In this document: piece by piece, positions 36,333 to 45,714 of the stretch
Numbering within the stretch: position 1 is the first letter of the stretch
How the letters are laid out: each line of letters begins with the position of its first letter
From: a virus
Lineage: Duplodnaviria > Caudoviricetes
Strand: one strand, 5' to 3'
IMG/VR virus record: IMGVR_UViG_3300030613_000010
Coordinates: 4,353-68,352 of that record
Length of the DNA stretch: 64,000 bases
The notes under the pieces: generated by a model
The model's input: the letters and a program-made list of their open reading frames with translations, nothing else
Told to the model about the DNA's origin: nothing
Databases searched by the model: none
Program-made: the position numbers and the translations under genes

Positions 36333-36601
36333 GGACTATCTCTGAAGTCCCGGTCAGTATCACCTTGGCTGACTATGCTGCCTCCTGCGAGCCAGATAAG
36401 GAGCCCCAGCCGATAGCTACTAAGGGTGTCGAAGGCTGCCAGCACCACTGGCTCATCGATGCGCAGAACAAAGGCACCTGTAAGTTCTGTGGTGAAGTCA
36501 GGCAGTTCGGGCAAAACTATGTGGCACCTTGGAACAAGAAAGAGATGGACCACTGGATGAACCGCCGGCGCAAGCCGGGCAAGCGGGAGGTACTGGCCTG
36601 A
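36329..36601 (+). CDS. Zn-finger hypothetical protein
   Basis: CQHHW.I...G.CKFCGE.R.F. Confidence 0.6.
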   Translation: MRTISEVPVSITLADYAASCEPDKEPQPIATKGVEGCQHHWLIDAQNKGTCKFCGEVRQFGQNYVAPWNKKEMDHWMNRRRKPGKREVLA

Positions 36602-37233
36602 TGCCATACTCAGGACCCGAAGACAAGAACCTCCCTAGCAACGTGCAGGCGCTGCCGGTGGACTTGCGCAAGCAATGGGTTGCAGTCTGGAATTCTACTT
36701 ACAGGAACTGCATGGATCCGAGCAAGGGTGGTGGTGCGGGCCGCGAAAAAGACTGCGAGGGGGCAGCTTTCCGTTTTGCTAACGGTGTTACTGAGAAGCA
36801 GGCCAAAGAACTCGAAGACCCAGCGGTTTCCTATAAGGAACAACTCCTCCAGTTCGTCGGTGTTCATTCCAGCAGTGCTTTATGGGGTGAGAAGCGCGGT
36901 TATGCCCGAGATAGTATGGGCCGGTTCGCCTCCACAGGGGGCGGCGGCCCAGCGGCGACGGGCTCGAGGGCGGAGCAAAAGGCAGGGGCTCTTAAGAAGT
37001 TAAGCGAGCCTAGCCGGTTGGGGACGGCCTCGGCGACGGTGGCTGGTCCAAGGGGGTCTTACACCGTTGGCCGCATTAACAGGTTTACTAAAAAGGGGGA
37101 TGTCCCAACGTATCGCATTTTTAATGACCGGACTGGGAAGCTTGTTGGCGCTACTGGTGCGCGGGGAAGTGGGCGGTACTTTGACAAGCCGGAATCTGCC
37201 GTGGATCACGCGCTGAATCTGGCGGGTGTCTGA
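36601..37233 (+). CDS. ChaB-domain protein with GRF-tagged cargo
   Basis: MPYS....LPSNVQALP....KQWVAVWNS.Y...A...AN; then EKRGYARDSMGRFASTGGGG. Confidence 0.75.
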   Translation: MPYSGPEDKNLPSNVQALPVDLRKQWVAVWNSTYRNCMDPSKGGGAGREKDCEGAAFRFANGVTEKQAKELEDPAVSYKEQLLQFVGVHSSSALWGEKRGYARDSMGRFASTGGGGPAATGSRAEQKAGALKKLSEPSRLGTASATVAGPRGSYTVGRINRFTKKGDVPTYRIFNDRTGKLVGATGARGSGRYFDKPESAVDHALNLAGV

Positions 37234-37250
37234 CAGGGAGGAGGCCGGGG

Positions 37251-39122
37251 ATGGCCACAAAGATTACGAAGTTTGAAGCCGGGGCTGATTTCCCAGCCGA
37301 GGACTATGCCGACGTTCCGGACTTGGAGAAACCTTCTACCTGGAAGTTGAGGCTCACCGAGTCCCCTGGCCGCCTGACTGTGGCCCAGATTGCTCGTGCT
37401 ATCACGGCCATGCAGCCAGGCGGCTTCCGTGGGCAGCAGGTGGAGATTGGCACCTCCAAGGCCGAGGTGGCCAAGCGCATCAATGCTGCCATCGGCAAGG
37501 TCGAGGGGGACGAGTCGCAGAAGGAGGGTCTGAGGCAGCGCCTCTCTGCTGTCAAGACCACTGACGAGGACGAGAAGTGTGGCGAATCGCTGCCAATGGC
37601 TCCTTCTCCGATGTATGGTGGGGCTACCTCTTTTGCCGAGGTTGACACCTGGATGGCATCGATGCGGGAGAAGGGCAAGATTGAAGAGCAGACTTACGTC
37701 TTCAATGACCTTGTTCGCAATATCCAGGTGAGCGATGAGCTGAGCATTGCTGAGAAAGCCTCCCGTATCGCAGCTGCGGCAGCTCTGCTGCCTTCGCGGG
37801 TCTCCAATCCTCCTGAATACAAGACAGTCGTGGCTGAGGAGGAAGCGGCTGAAGACGACGAGAAAGTAGGCAAGCGGCTCCAAGGCAACTGGAAGGCCAA
37901 GGTCAAGGATGCCCTGGCCACCCTCGCCAAATTCCTCAACTGGTCTGACTACGACGAAGAGGAAATGCCCAAAGAGGGCATGATGGCTGATGAGAAGAAG
38001 GAGCTAGAGGAGCCTGTCTCATTCAATATCTTCGCCGCCAATGAGCCCTCTGGCTTCAAGGTATTCCGTGACAAAGCAGGCCACGATCGCTGGCTGGCCT
38101 TTTCCTCCAATGCTTTCAGGGACCGGGAGGGTGAAGTCTTTACCACCAAGGCCCTCCAGACAGCAGTAGAAGAGGCTGACAAGACAGGGCACCACGGCAC
38201 ACTCAGGCTATTCCATGTGCCCAGCTCCGATGTTGGGACGTGTGATTTTCAGGAAGTGGTTGGGCGGTTCTTGGTAGAGTCGGGTATCTTCGACGACACC
38301 GACAAAGGAAGGAGGGCCGCTCAATACTTCAAAGCAAGCGACCAAGACTACGGGGTGTCTATCGGTTATCGCTATGAGAAGGCCGACCGGGCCGACAAGG
38401 TCTACGATTGGCTGGAGATTTTCGAGCGGTCGGTCGCACCCAGGTCAGCAGTGGCCAACCCCTGGACCACATTCAAAACAGCAGGAGGTGGGATGGACAG
38501 TAGAAAGAAAGCCTTCCTCACGGAAGTGTTGGGAGAAACTCTGACCAAGGAGGTGATTGAGACGGCTGAAACTCAGACCAAAGAACTCGAAGGCCAAGTG
38601 GCTTACAAAGAGCTAGGGGGAAAGGTGGAGGAGCTCATCTCCTCTGTTAGCGACCCCGAACTTAAGGCCAAGCTGGAAGAACATACCACGGCTATCAAGG
38701 CCCTCCTCGATGGCGATGTCAAAGAGGAAGCCAAGGAGGAAACGCCGGTAGAAGCTACGGCTGAGGCCGAAGTGGAGACTGAGTCGGTGGCCTTGACCAA
38801 GGAAGATGTGGTGGAAGCCATTCAGGAGGCCACCCAGCCCCTCAGTCAGGCCATTGAGGAGCTGGCCAGCTCGCACAAGGAGTTCGAGGAGAAGACAGCA
38901 GCCACCCTCATCGAGCTGCAGCGCAGCGAAGATGAGAAGGTAGCCGATCTCTTCTTCCCCCGGACCAAAGTGCCAGTGGGTCAGAAGGCCCCATCCCAGG
39001 ACGATGGCAACGTCATCGATCCCAACTCCGACATCGCCAAGGCGGTGGCGGAGGAAACCAAAGAAGGCCCCGCTGCTCCATTTATGGATCAGCTCAAGAC
39101 AGTATTGGGGGTGAGCGCCTAA
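37251..39122 (+). CDS. prohead protease/scaffold fusion (XkdF-like)
   Basis: SSNAFRDREGEV, LRLFHV, SIGY...EI.ERS..P...ANPWT protease region; acidic coiled-coil C-terminus; directly before the capsid gene. Confidence 0.75.
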   Translation: MATKITKFEAGADFPAEDYADVPDLEKPSTWKLRLTESPGRLTVAQIARAITAMQPGGFRGQQVEIGTSKAEVAKRINAAIGKVEGDESQKEGLRQRLSAVKTTDEDEKCGESLPMAPSPMYGGATSFAEVDTWMASMREKGKIEEQTYVFNDLVRNIQVSDELSIAEKASRIAAAAALLPSRVSNPPEYKTVVAEEEAAEDDEKVGKRLQGNWKAKVKDALATLAKFLNWSDYDEEEMPKEGMMADEKKELEEPVSFNIFAANEPSGFKVFRDKAGHDRWLAFSSNAFRDREGEVFTTKALQTAVEEADKTGHHGTLRLFHVPSSDVGTCDFQEVVGRFLVESGIFDDTDKGRRAAQYFKASDQDYGVSIGYRYEKADRADKVYDWLEIFERSVAPRSAVANPWTTFKTAGGGMDSRKKAFLTEVLGETLTKEVIETAETQTKELEGQVAYKELGGKVEELISSVSDPELKAKLEEHTTAIKALLDGDVKEEAKEETPVEATAEAEVETESVALTKEDVVEAIQEATQPLSQAIEELASSHKEFEEKTAATLIELQRSEDEKVADLFFPRTKVPVGQKAPSQDDGNVIDPNSDIAKAVAEETKEGPAAPFMDQLKTVLGVSA

Positions 39123-39123
39123 T

Positions 39124-40584
39124 ATGGAAAATGTCCTTCAGAAACTAGCGGAAGCCCTAGCGCCGGAGCTGGCTTCGGTAGTCGGGAGACAGTGGGGGGT
39201 AGGCTACAAGCACGATGCCTCAGGCACCCCCATCACTGTCGGGTATTCACATGGGCCTGGTGGGAACCTGACCTTCCCCGGCGTTGACCCGGTGGTGTTC
39301 CAAACCATCGTCGGCAACCGGGGGATCATGGGCCAGCTCCCCGTCAACCCCAGCGTCTTCACCAACCCGACCTATCTGACCATCACCGGCGTGCAGGCCA
39401 CGACCGGCAGCCATAAGGACACTGTCTGTGAGAATGCCCCCACAGCAGGGCTCTTGAAGCAGTGTATCGTTACTAGCGTCTTCGGGCGTTACGAGCTGGC
39501 CACGCCCGAACTGGAGCTGAACCGCCTTGGCCAGCGCAATGACCGGGCCGACCCCATGGACCTCAGGATGGTGGGCTCGCCCATCTACCAGGCAGGTCCC
39601 TTCGCGTCCGGCCCCAGGAGCCCAGCGACCCCGGCAGACCTCCTCCAGAACGAGATCAGCCGCAAGTTCTGGGAGCTCAATGTGGCCTTCCACCGGCTGC
39701 TCTCTGTCCAGTTGTGGCAGGGCAACCCTGTCAACAACTCGGCTGGGGGCGGCTACAAGGAGATGACCGGCTTCGACCAGCTCATCAACACCGGCTATGT
39801 GGACGCCGAGACCGGCGGCGCTTGCCCGTCGGTGGATGCCGACCTCAAGGACTTCGGGTGTTTGAACATGACGGACAATGCGGACGCCTTGATCCGCATG
39901 ATGTCCTACTTGTACTTCACCCGGAGAGACCTGGCCCAGCGCACCGGCGTAACGCCGGTGAGGTGGGTCTTGGCCATGAGGCCGGAGCTGTTCTGGGAGT
40001 TGACTGCTTTGTGGCCTTGCTCCTACCTGACCTACATGTGCCAGATGGGGGGCAACGAGCAGCTGGTGGTCAACGCCGCTGACCAGGTCAAGTTCCGCGA
40101 CGAGATGCGGGCTGGCAGCTACCTGCTCATCAACGGCGACCGCATCGAGGTCGTGGTAGATGATGGCATAGCTTATGACACGCCGACGACCAATGCCAGT
40201 GTGTCCGAAGGCTGTATGTGCTCTGACATCTATCTGGTCCCGATGTCGGTCATCGGTGGGCAGGCAGTGACCTTCATGGAGCACTTCGACTACGGCAACC
40301 CGTCGTTGAATGATGCTCTGGGAGGCAACCTGGTGCTGGCCAGGGCTGAGGGGGCTTTCCTGACTTGGATCAGGCAGCTCAACCAGTGCATCGTCTGGCA
40401 GTCGAAGATCGAGCCTCGGCTAGTGATCAGGACGCCGTGGCTCGCCGGTAGGCTCCAGAACGTCGAGTACTGCCCGGCTCAGGTGCCGCGCAGTCCGTTC
40501 CCTGAGGACAGCTACTTTGTCGATGGTGGACGGACCAGCAGGCCTGGACCGAGCTACTACTCAGTCTGGGGGTCTAGGCAATAG
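39124..40584 (+). CDS. major capsid protein
   Basis: 486 aa, strongly biased GC3 codon usage, follows the protease/scaffold gene. Confidence 0.75.
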   Translation: MENVLQKLAEALAPELASVVGRQWGVGYKHDASGTPITVGYSHGPGGNLTFPGVDPVVFQTIVGNRGIMGQLPVNPSVFTNPTYLTITGVQATTGSHKDTVCENAPTAGLLKQCIVTSVFGRYELATPELELNRLGQRNDRADPMDLRMVGSPIYQAGPFASGPRSPATPADLLQNEISRKFWELNVAFHRLLSVQLWQGNPVNNSAGGGYKEMTGFDQLINTGYVDAETGGACPSVDADLKDFGCLNMTDNADALIRMMSYLYFTRRDLAQRTGVTPVRWVLAMRPELFWELTALWPCSYLTYMCQMGGNEQLVVNAADQVKFRDEMRAGSYLLINGDRIEVVVDDGIAYDTPTTNASVSEGCMCSDIYLVPMSVIGGQAVTFMEHFDYGNPSLNDALGGNLVLARAEGAFLTWIRQLNQCIVWQSKIEPRLVIRTPWLAGRLQNVEYCPAQVPRSPFPEDSYFVDGGRTSRPGPSYYSVWGSRQ

Positions 40585-40756
40585 CCCGTGAGGGCAGGGG
40601 GAGTTGAGAGCCGGGTCTTCTGATGAGAGTTCCGCCCATCAAAGGACGGCCCGGCTCCTTCCCCTGGGCATAGAAGGTCCCTCCTGTCCGGGACGTTGGG
40701 TGGGATAGGTTCTCTCCTACCACCAGGCCTGCCCCACCCCAATAAAAGAGGCGAAG

Positions 40757-41686
40757 TTGAAAAGAGTTCTCATCACAGGCGGAGCAGGCTTCCTGGGCAG
40801 AGCCATCCTCCTTAGGGCTCAGGAGGAAGGGTGGCTCGATGAGGTTACGGTCTTCTCTCGTGACGAGCACAAACACCAACTCCTCCAGCGCCGCTGGCCC
40901 AAGGTGCGCTGCATTCTTGGTGATGTGAGAGACTACGATCGACTTGAGGTGGCTGTGGCCGGGCATGACTTGGTGATCCACGCCGGGGCGCTCAAATATG
41001 TGCCAGAGGCTGAATGGAATGCCTTCGAGGCGTTGGGTGTGAATGTTGAGGGGTCTGCGAATGTGGCCAAGGCTGCTACCAGAACAGGCGTGGCTACAGT
41101 CGTAGGGATCTCAACAGATAAAGCCTGCCGTCCGGTTAATGTTTACGGCGCAACCAAGATGCTGCTTGAGCGCCTGTTCTCTGAGGCTGCTCGTTGGGGA
41201 GGCCCTGCCTTCATCACATGCCGCTATGGCAACGTAGTCGGCAGCACGGGCTCGGTCATTCCTCTCTTCCAAGAGCAGCTCAAGGCCAAAGGCCGAGTTT
41301 CTCTAACTGACCCCAACATGACTCGCTTCTGGCTCTCACCCAGCGAGGCTGTGACCTTGGTGCTCTGGACGGCCGAGAATGCTGAGAAGTACAGAGGCTC
41401 AGTCATTATCCCTCGCTGTGCCGCCATGAGGATGGGAGACTTGGCTACAGCCATTGCTGGTGAGGCAGTGGAACTCATTGGCCCTCGCCCTGGTGAGAAG
41501 CAACACGAGGAGTTGGTGCAGTATGAGGAGTCAGGGCGGGTGGAGCAAATGGGCGGCTACTACCGCCTGAGCCCGCTGGGAGAGCCAGAGTCCAGTCAGC
41601 GTTGGACCTACGCCAGCCACACCCCTGCTCATTGGGTAGAGGTCCCAGAGATGCGGGAGATGATAGAGGAAGCAAGCAAAATATGA
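40757..41686 (+). CDS. UDP-GlcNAc 4,6-dehydratase (PseB/CapD-like, Polysacc_synt_2)
   Basis: LITGGAGFLG, SRDE.K, GDVRD, HAGALKYVP, STDKAC.P.NVYGATK, RYGNV.GS.GSV, MTRF. Confidence 0.9.
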   Translation: MKRVLITGGAGFLGRAILLRAQEEGWLDEVTVFSRDEHKHQLLQRRWPKVRCILGDVRDYDRLEVAVAGHDLVIHAGALKYVPEAEWNAFEALGVNVEGSANVAKAATRTGVATVVGISTDKACRPVNVYGATKMLLERLFSEAARWGGPAFITCRYGNVVGSTGSVIPLFQEQLKAKGRVSLTDPNMTRFWLSPSEAVTLVLWTAENAEKYRGSVIIPRCAAMRMGDLATAIAGEAVELIGPRPGEKQHEELVQYEESGRVEQMGGYYRLSPLGEPESSQRWTYASHTPAHWVEVPEMREMIEEASKI

Positions 41687-42780
41687 TCCCAGTCTTCAAA
41701 CCCGAGCTTGCTGGCCCTCCCGATAGGCTCCTCCAAACTTTGGAGTCCTCCTGGTGGGGCACCGGGCCAAGGGTGGCTGAGTTCGAGTATGAGTTCTCAA
41801 AGTACTTGGGCACCGACCCGTCGCGCTGTCTTATGCTCAACTCCTGCACTGCAGCATTGCATCTTGCTCTTCTACTCTGGCCTAACTGTCACCGGGTGCT
41901 GGTGCCTGGTATCACTTTCGTCTCCTCAGCACTGCCAGTTATCTACGCTGGGAAGCAACTCATCTTCGTTGATGTGGGGGACGACCTCTGCATCGATCAG
42001 GACGATGCATTGAGAAAACTCCAGAGCGAAAACGACGTTATTGCGGTGGTTCATATGGGGGGACAGGCAGCGGATATAGGCAAACTTTTAGGTCTCAGAC
42101 GGATAGAGGACTGTGCCCATGCTCTTGGAACCTTTGCATATGGAGATCACGTGGGTATCTATGCACCCGGCTGCTTCTCCTTCCAGGCCACGAAGGTTCT
42201 ACCTATCGGTGATGGTGGAATGCTGGTGTTGAATTCCGTGCAAGACCGCAAAGAGGCGGAAGCGCTGGCGTGGTGTGGTATTTCGCAGTCTACCTGGAAC
42301 CGCAGTAACGGCGGTTATCAGTGGCTCTACGACGTGCAGAGTATTGGTTACAAGTACCGGGCTAACGATGTCCAGGCTGCTCTGGCCCTCGATCAGTGGG
42401 CGGGGCTGGGGAATATTCTGGAGAGAAAGGAGGCGGTCGCCAAGCTTTACGACGAGGCACTGGCGGGCCTTGAGTGGCTGCGACTGCCCAAGGCCCGCCC
42501 CGGCACTAAGCCTAGTTGGCAGGAGTACATCATTAGGACACCTTTACGGGATGGTTTGAGCCACCACTTAGCTGAGAAAGGCGTCGCTACGACTGTTCAT
42601 TACTATCCAATCAGCCAGTACGAACCATTCCACAGACTGGATGAGGGCATCCTCTGCGCCGATAGTCTTCCTAATTGTGAACGACTCTGGCGAGAGATAC
42701 TCACCATACCCTCCTACGCTTCCATGACTGACCAAGAGATAGAGCAGGTGATTGATGGCGTTAGAAGCTTCCAGCCCTGA
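41683..42780 (+). CDS. DegT/DnrJ/EryC1/StrS sugar aminotransferase (PseC-like)
   Basis: NSCTAALHLAL, IEDCAHALG, FSFQATK(PLP lysine).GDGG, GYKYR.ND..AA. Confidence 0.9.
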   Translation: MIPVFKPELAGPPDRLLQTLESSWWGTGPRVAEFEYEFSKYLGTDPSRCLMLNSCTAALHLALLLWPNCHRVLVPGITFVSSALPVIYAGKQLIFVDVGDDLCIDQDDALRKLQSENDVIAVVHMGGQAADIGKLLGLRRIEDCAHALGTFAYGDHVGIYAPGCFSFQATKVLPIGDGGMLVLNSVQDRKEAEALAWCGISQSTWNRSNGGYQWLYDVQSIGYKYRANDVQAALALDQWAGLGNILERKEAVAKLYDEALAGLEWLRLPKARPGTKPSWQEYIIRTPLRDGLSHHLAEKGVATTVHYYPISQYEPFHRLDEGILCADSLPNCERLWREILTIPSYASMTDQEIEQVIDGVRSFQP

Positions 42781-42846
42781 CATACCCCCGCCGAGCCGGC
42801 CACAAATAGTCAAATTAGGGTGGGGTGCGCTTTGGCATTCGGCTAG

Positions 42847-43317
42847 TTGGAACTGGTTGAGACGGCGGAAAGAATGATGCCAGAAACTTTCGGCCTTAAG
42901 GCCAGACGGGCCAATGCGGGGGATGCTGACTTCTTAACTGATCTCCGGAACACACTTGCTTCCGGTTTCCTGAGCCAAATGCGGGCCACTCGGCAGAAGA
43001 CGCTGCTTTTGCTTGCGGGCTCGCGTACCTACATCATCGAGCGGAAGGGGCAAAGGCTGGGTTCCTTCGCCCTCTACAATCAGCATAACAACAAGGCAGA
43101 GTTCGGCCGTTTTATGGTGGTACCAGAGGAGCAGCGGAACGGTCTGGGAGCCTGGGCGTTGGATAAAGCCTTCGAACTAGCCCAGGCCCAGCGGGTCAAC
43201 CGTCTCACTTTGACAGTGAGGGAAGACAACGCTGTCGCCAGCAATCTCTACACCAAGCAAGGGTTCTTCCCTGTACGTCGAGGTCCTGGCTACACCGTTA
43301 TGGAGAGAGTCCTTTAG
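42847..43317 (+). CDS. GNAT N-acetyltransferase (PseH-like position)
   Basis: AEFGRF....QRNGLG, L.VREDN..A..LY.K.GF. Confidence 0.8.
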   Translation: MELVETAERMMPETFGLKARRANAGDADFLTDLRNTLASGFLSQMRATRQKTLLLLAGSRTYIIERKGQRLGSFALYNQHNNKAEFGRFMVVPEEQRNGLGAWALDKAFELAQAQRVNRLTLTVREDNAVASNLYTKQGFFPVRRGPGYTVMERVL

Positions 43318-43458
43318 GGAAGAGAGAGCATGTTTCTGGATGTAAACATCAGCCAAGGTACACTCACAACAATGCTGCTTGTGGTGGGCATTGTTGCGGT
43401 GTGTATCTTCATCTGGAATCACGTGAAGCACTAGCGTCGCTGCGAAAGGAGGTTCACC

Positions 43459-43674
43459 ATGAGCAGCATACCGCCAAAGGGGTATGTCATAAAGTGGGGC
43501 CAGGAGACGTTGTGGTTCCTTTTCCTGGCTGTAGGTATCTTTGTGTTCACTACGGTCGGCGATTTAGAGAGTGTTGAGGATTGGAAGACTTGGGCCATTA
43601 GTGTTGGTGGTGGTCTAGCCCGTGTAGTAGGTGCAGTTGTCACTAACCAGTTTATCAAATTGACGGGGGTGTGA
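43459..43674 (+). CDS. small two-TM protein (holin-like)
   Basis: Two hydrophobic helices; AAGGAGG SD. Confidence 0.55.
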   Translation: MSSIPPKGYVIKWGQETLWFLFLAVGIFVFTTVGDLESVEDWKTWAISVGGGLARVVGAVVTNQFIKLTGV

Positions 43675-43882
43675 CTATGGGCTTCAGAAGAATTTGGCTC
43701 TGCTGTAGAGCCAGAAAGGGGGGTTGTATGGACGTAGAGCTGAAAGGCCTGCCGGTGCCTGACGATGAGCATCCCGGGGTTGAGGTGACTATCATCGTTG
43801 AGCGCAATAAGGCTCATCGGCTCATAGCAAGAATTGAACCAATAGGGCCAGTGGAAAAGCGCTGAAAGGAAAGGAGCCAGAA

Positions 43883-44212
43883 ATGGCATTCATACTCAAG
43901 GATGGGCAGAAGGTTCCTCTGCAGCTGGTGATTACCGACGCAGAGGGCAACTCCGCTGCTGGCGAAGGCGATCCTATCTGGGCATCGAGCGACAAGACTT
44001 TGGTTGTAGTTACCGTGGACGCAGCCGACGCAACAAAGGCAGTTGCTTCGACAGTACCTGGTCCGGGCCTAGGCACCGCCACCGTGTCCGCTGTCGTGGA
44101 TGCTGATCTAGGCGAAGGTGTCACCGAAGTGACCGGCCAGCTTGACATCGAAGTCGTTGCTGGTGATGCAGCCATTGTTAATATTGAAGCCGGGACCCCA
44201 GAGCCTCGCTGA
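43883..44212 (+). CDS. Ig-like domain virion protein (putative decoration)
   Basis: D..GN...W.SSD..V..V...A....G.G.ATV.A..DAD Big_2-like pattern. Confidence 0.65.
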   Translation: MAFILKDGQKVPLQLVITDAEGNSAAGEGDPIWASSDKTLVVVTVDAADATKAVASTVPGPGLGTATVSAVVDADLGEGVTEVTGQLDIEVVAGDAAIVNIEAGTPEPR

Positions 44213-44286
44213 GAGCTAAGGAGGGAGTTTGCCCGTGCCTTGGCCTATGTAGGGCATGGGAGACTTCTCCTCGGGAAGGGGCCGCG

Positions 44287-44883
44287 ACGCAGAGCAAGTG
44301 GGATGCTCCTGGGGTAGCAACTCTCATAGAGGACTACTGGACGCAGTCCGGGTCCGACGCTGCCCGTCGCGAGGCGGGTGAATGGATAGGGCCGCAGACG
44401 GGCGAGTTCCTCGACTTGGGTTGCGGCACAGGCCGTATGGCGCAGTTCCTCCAGGGTGGTAGTTATATTGGGGTGGATGCGTCGGAAGAAATGCTACGGT
44501 TGGCTACGGGTATTGGGCGGCTGCCAATTAAGTCGGTACGGCTTGCCGATCTGAGCAGAGAACTTCCCTTCCGAGATGGCTATTTCAGAGCAGGTCTTTG
44601 CATGGAGGTCGTCAGGCATCTCAGCGACTACCAGCCTGCTCTCAAGGAGTTAGCACGACTGGTCACCAAGAGGGCCTACATCGTAGATGTGTTCCAAGAG
44701 GGCTGGGACTCTCATATTGACCAGCAGGAGATTCTTGGTCAGGTCTTCCCCAACAACTGTTGGTCGTTGTCTCAGTTTCTGGCGGACGTGAATCAGCACT
44801 TCCCTGGCTGGCAGACAGAGGTTCATGGGTTCAGCAATGGTGAACTGGGCATTCGGATAGAAGCAAGGGGGGACACACTGTAA
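44287..44883 (+). CDS. class I SAM-dependent methyltransferase (start uncertain, probably non-canonical)
   Basis: FLDLGCGTGR, YIGVDASEEM, LPF.D..F...C.EV..H; no ATG/GTG/TTG in frame upstream of motif I. Confidence 0.75.
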   Translation, partial: TQSKWDAPGVATLIEDYWTQSGSDAARREAGEWIGPQTGEFLDLGCGTGRMAQFLQGGSYIGVDASEEMLRLATGIGRLPIKSVRLADLSRELPFRDGYFRAGLCMEVVRHLSDYQPALKELARLVTKRAYIVDVFQEGWDSHIDQQEILGQVFPNNCWSLSQFLADVNQHFPGWQTEVHGFSNGELGIRIEARGDTL

Positions 44884-45081
44884 TGCGTGAACTTACTATT
44901 GTGCTTTCAGTAACAACTAACATGGGAGGTGCACCAGATCACGTACTCAGGCGATTCGTTGGTCTCCAGAAGTGGGAAGAACTGAAAGAGGCAATGGGCT
45001 CCCAAGAGGGCCTTAATCTCTGCGGCATCGCCATTAAGGACGTGGAAAAGAAGTGAATCTGCCACCCATCATAGAGGCGTA

Positions 45082-45714
45082 ATGGAAGTTCCTGAGGCCT
45101 ACCACTTTTGGCTCTTCGAGCATAGTCTTCACGGCAGGATGACCTACTTGGGAGTGCCCATCCGCAAGCTGGTCGCTGACCTCTGGAATTATCAGGAGAT
45201 CATCACAATCCTTCGGCCTGGCCTGGTTATCGAGTTTGGCACCGACCACGGCGGAAGTGCCCTCTACTTCGCGGAGATTCTGCGAGCGGTGAATCCAGCG
45301 GGCCTAGTTCTCACAGTTGACATTGGAGATGGGCGTCTTGGCGCTGTAAAGCAGCACCCCCTGATCCAGTTCTTCCTTTCCGATTCTGCCGACCCGTCTG
45401 TGGCAGAACGGATTAAGGAGTTGCGAACGCAGCACCCCGGCCCAGTGTTTGCCATCTTGGACAGCGACCACACGAAGTCCCATGTTTTGGCAGAAATGGC
45501 GCTGCTGCGTGATGTTCTGGTCTCGGGTGACTATCTCATCGTCGAGGATGGGAACATTAATGGGCATCCTATTGCGGCTGGTTGGGGAGAGGGGCCGTGG
45601 GAGGCCTTGGAAGACTACACGGCCCTGTACCCAGATGACTACCGAAGAGACGTAGAGCGTGAGAGCAAGTTTGGGCTTACATTCGCACCGAATGGCTACC
45701 TGGTGAGGCGCTAG
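45082..45714 (+). CDS. CmcI/cephalosporin-hydroxylase-family methyltransferase (sugar O-methyltransferase candidate)
   Basis: YLGVPI.K...DLW.YQEII...P..IE.G..GGSA, ILDSDH...HV..E, GDYLIVED, P.GYL.R. Confidence 0.88.
   Translation: MEVPEAYHFWLFEHSLHGRMTYLGVPIRKLVADLWNYQEIITILRPGLVIEFGTDHGGSALYFAEILRAVNPAGLVLTVDIGDGRLGAVKQHPLIQFFLSDSADPSVAERIKELRTQHPGPVFAILDSDHTKSHVLAEMALLRDVLVSGDYLIVEDGNINGHPIAAGWGEGPWEALEDYTALYPDDYRRDVERESKFGLTFAPNGYLVRR

Noticed and set aside
39247-40284. 345 aa minus-strand ORF
   Set aside because: Antisense shadow of the high-GC3 capsid gene.
40612-40660. CTGATGA motif and a fluoride-riboswitch-like GATGAGAGTTC
   Set aside because: No GAAA/NUH for a hammerhead, and the 3' conserved element of the fluoride riboswitch is absent.
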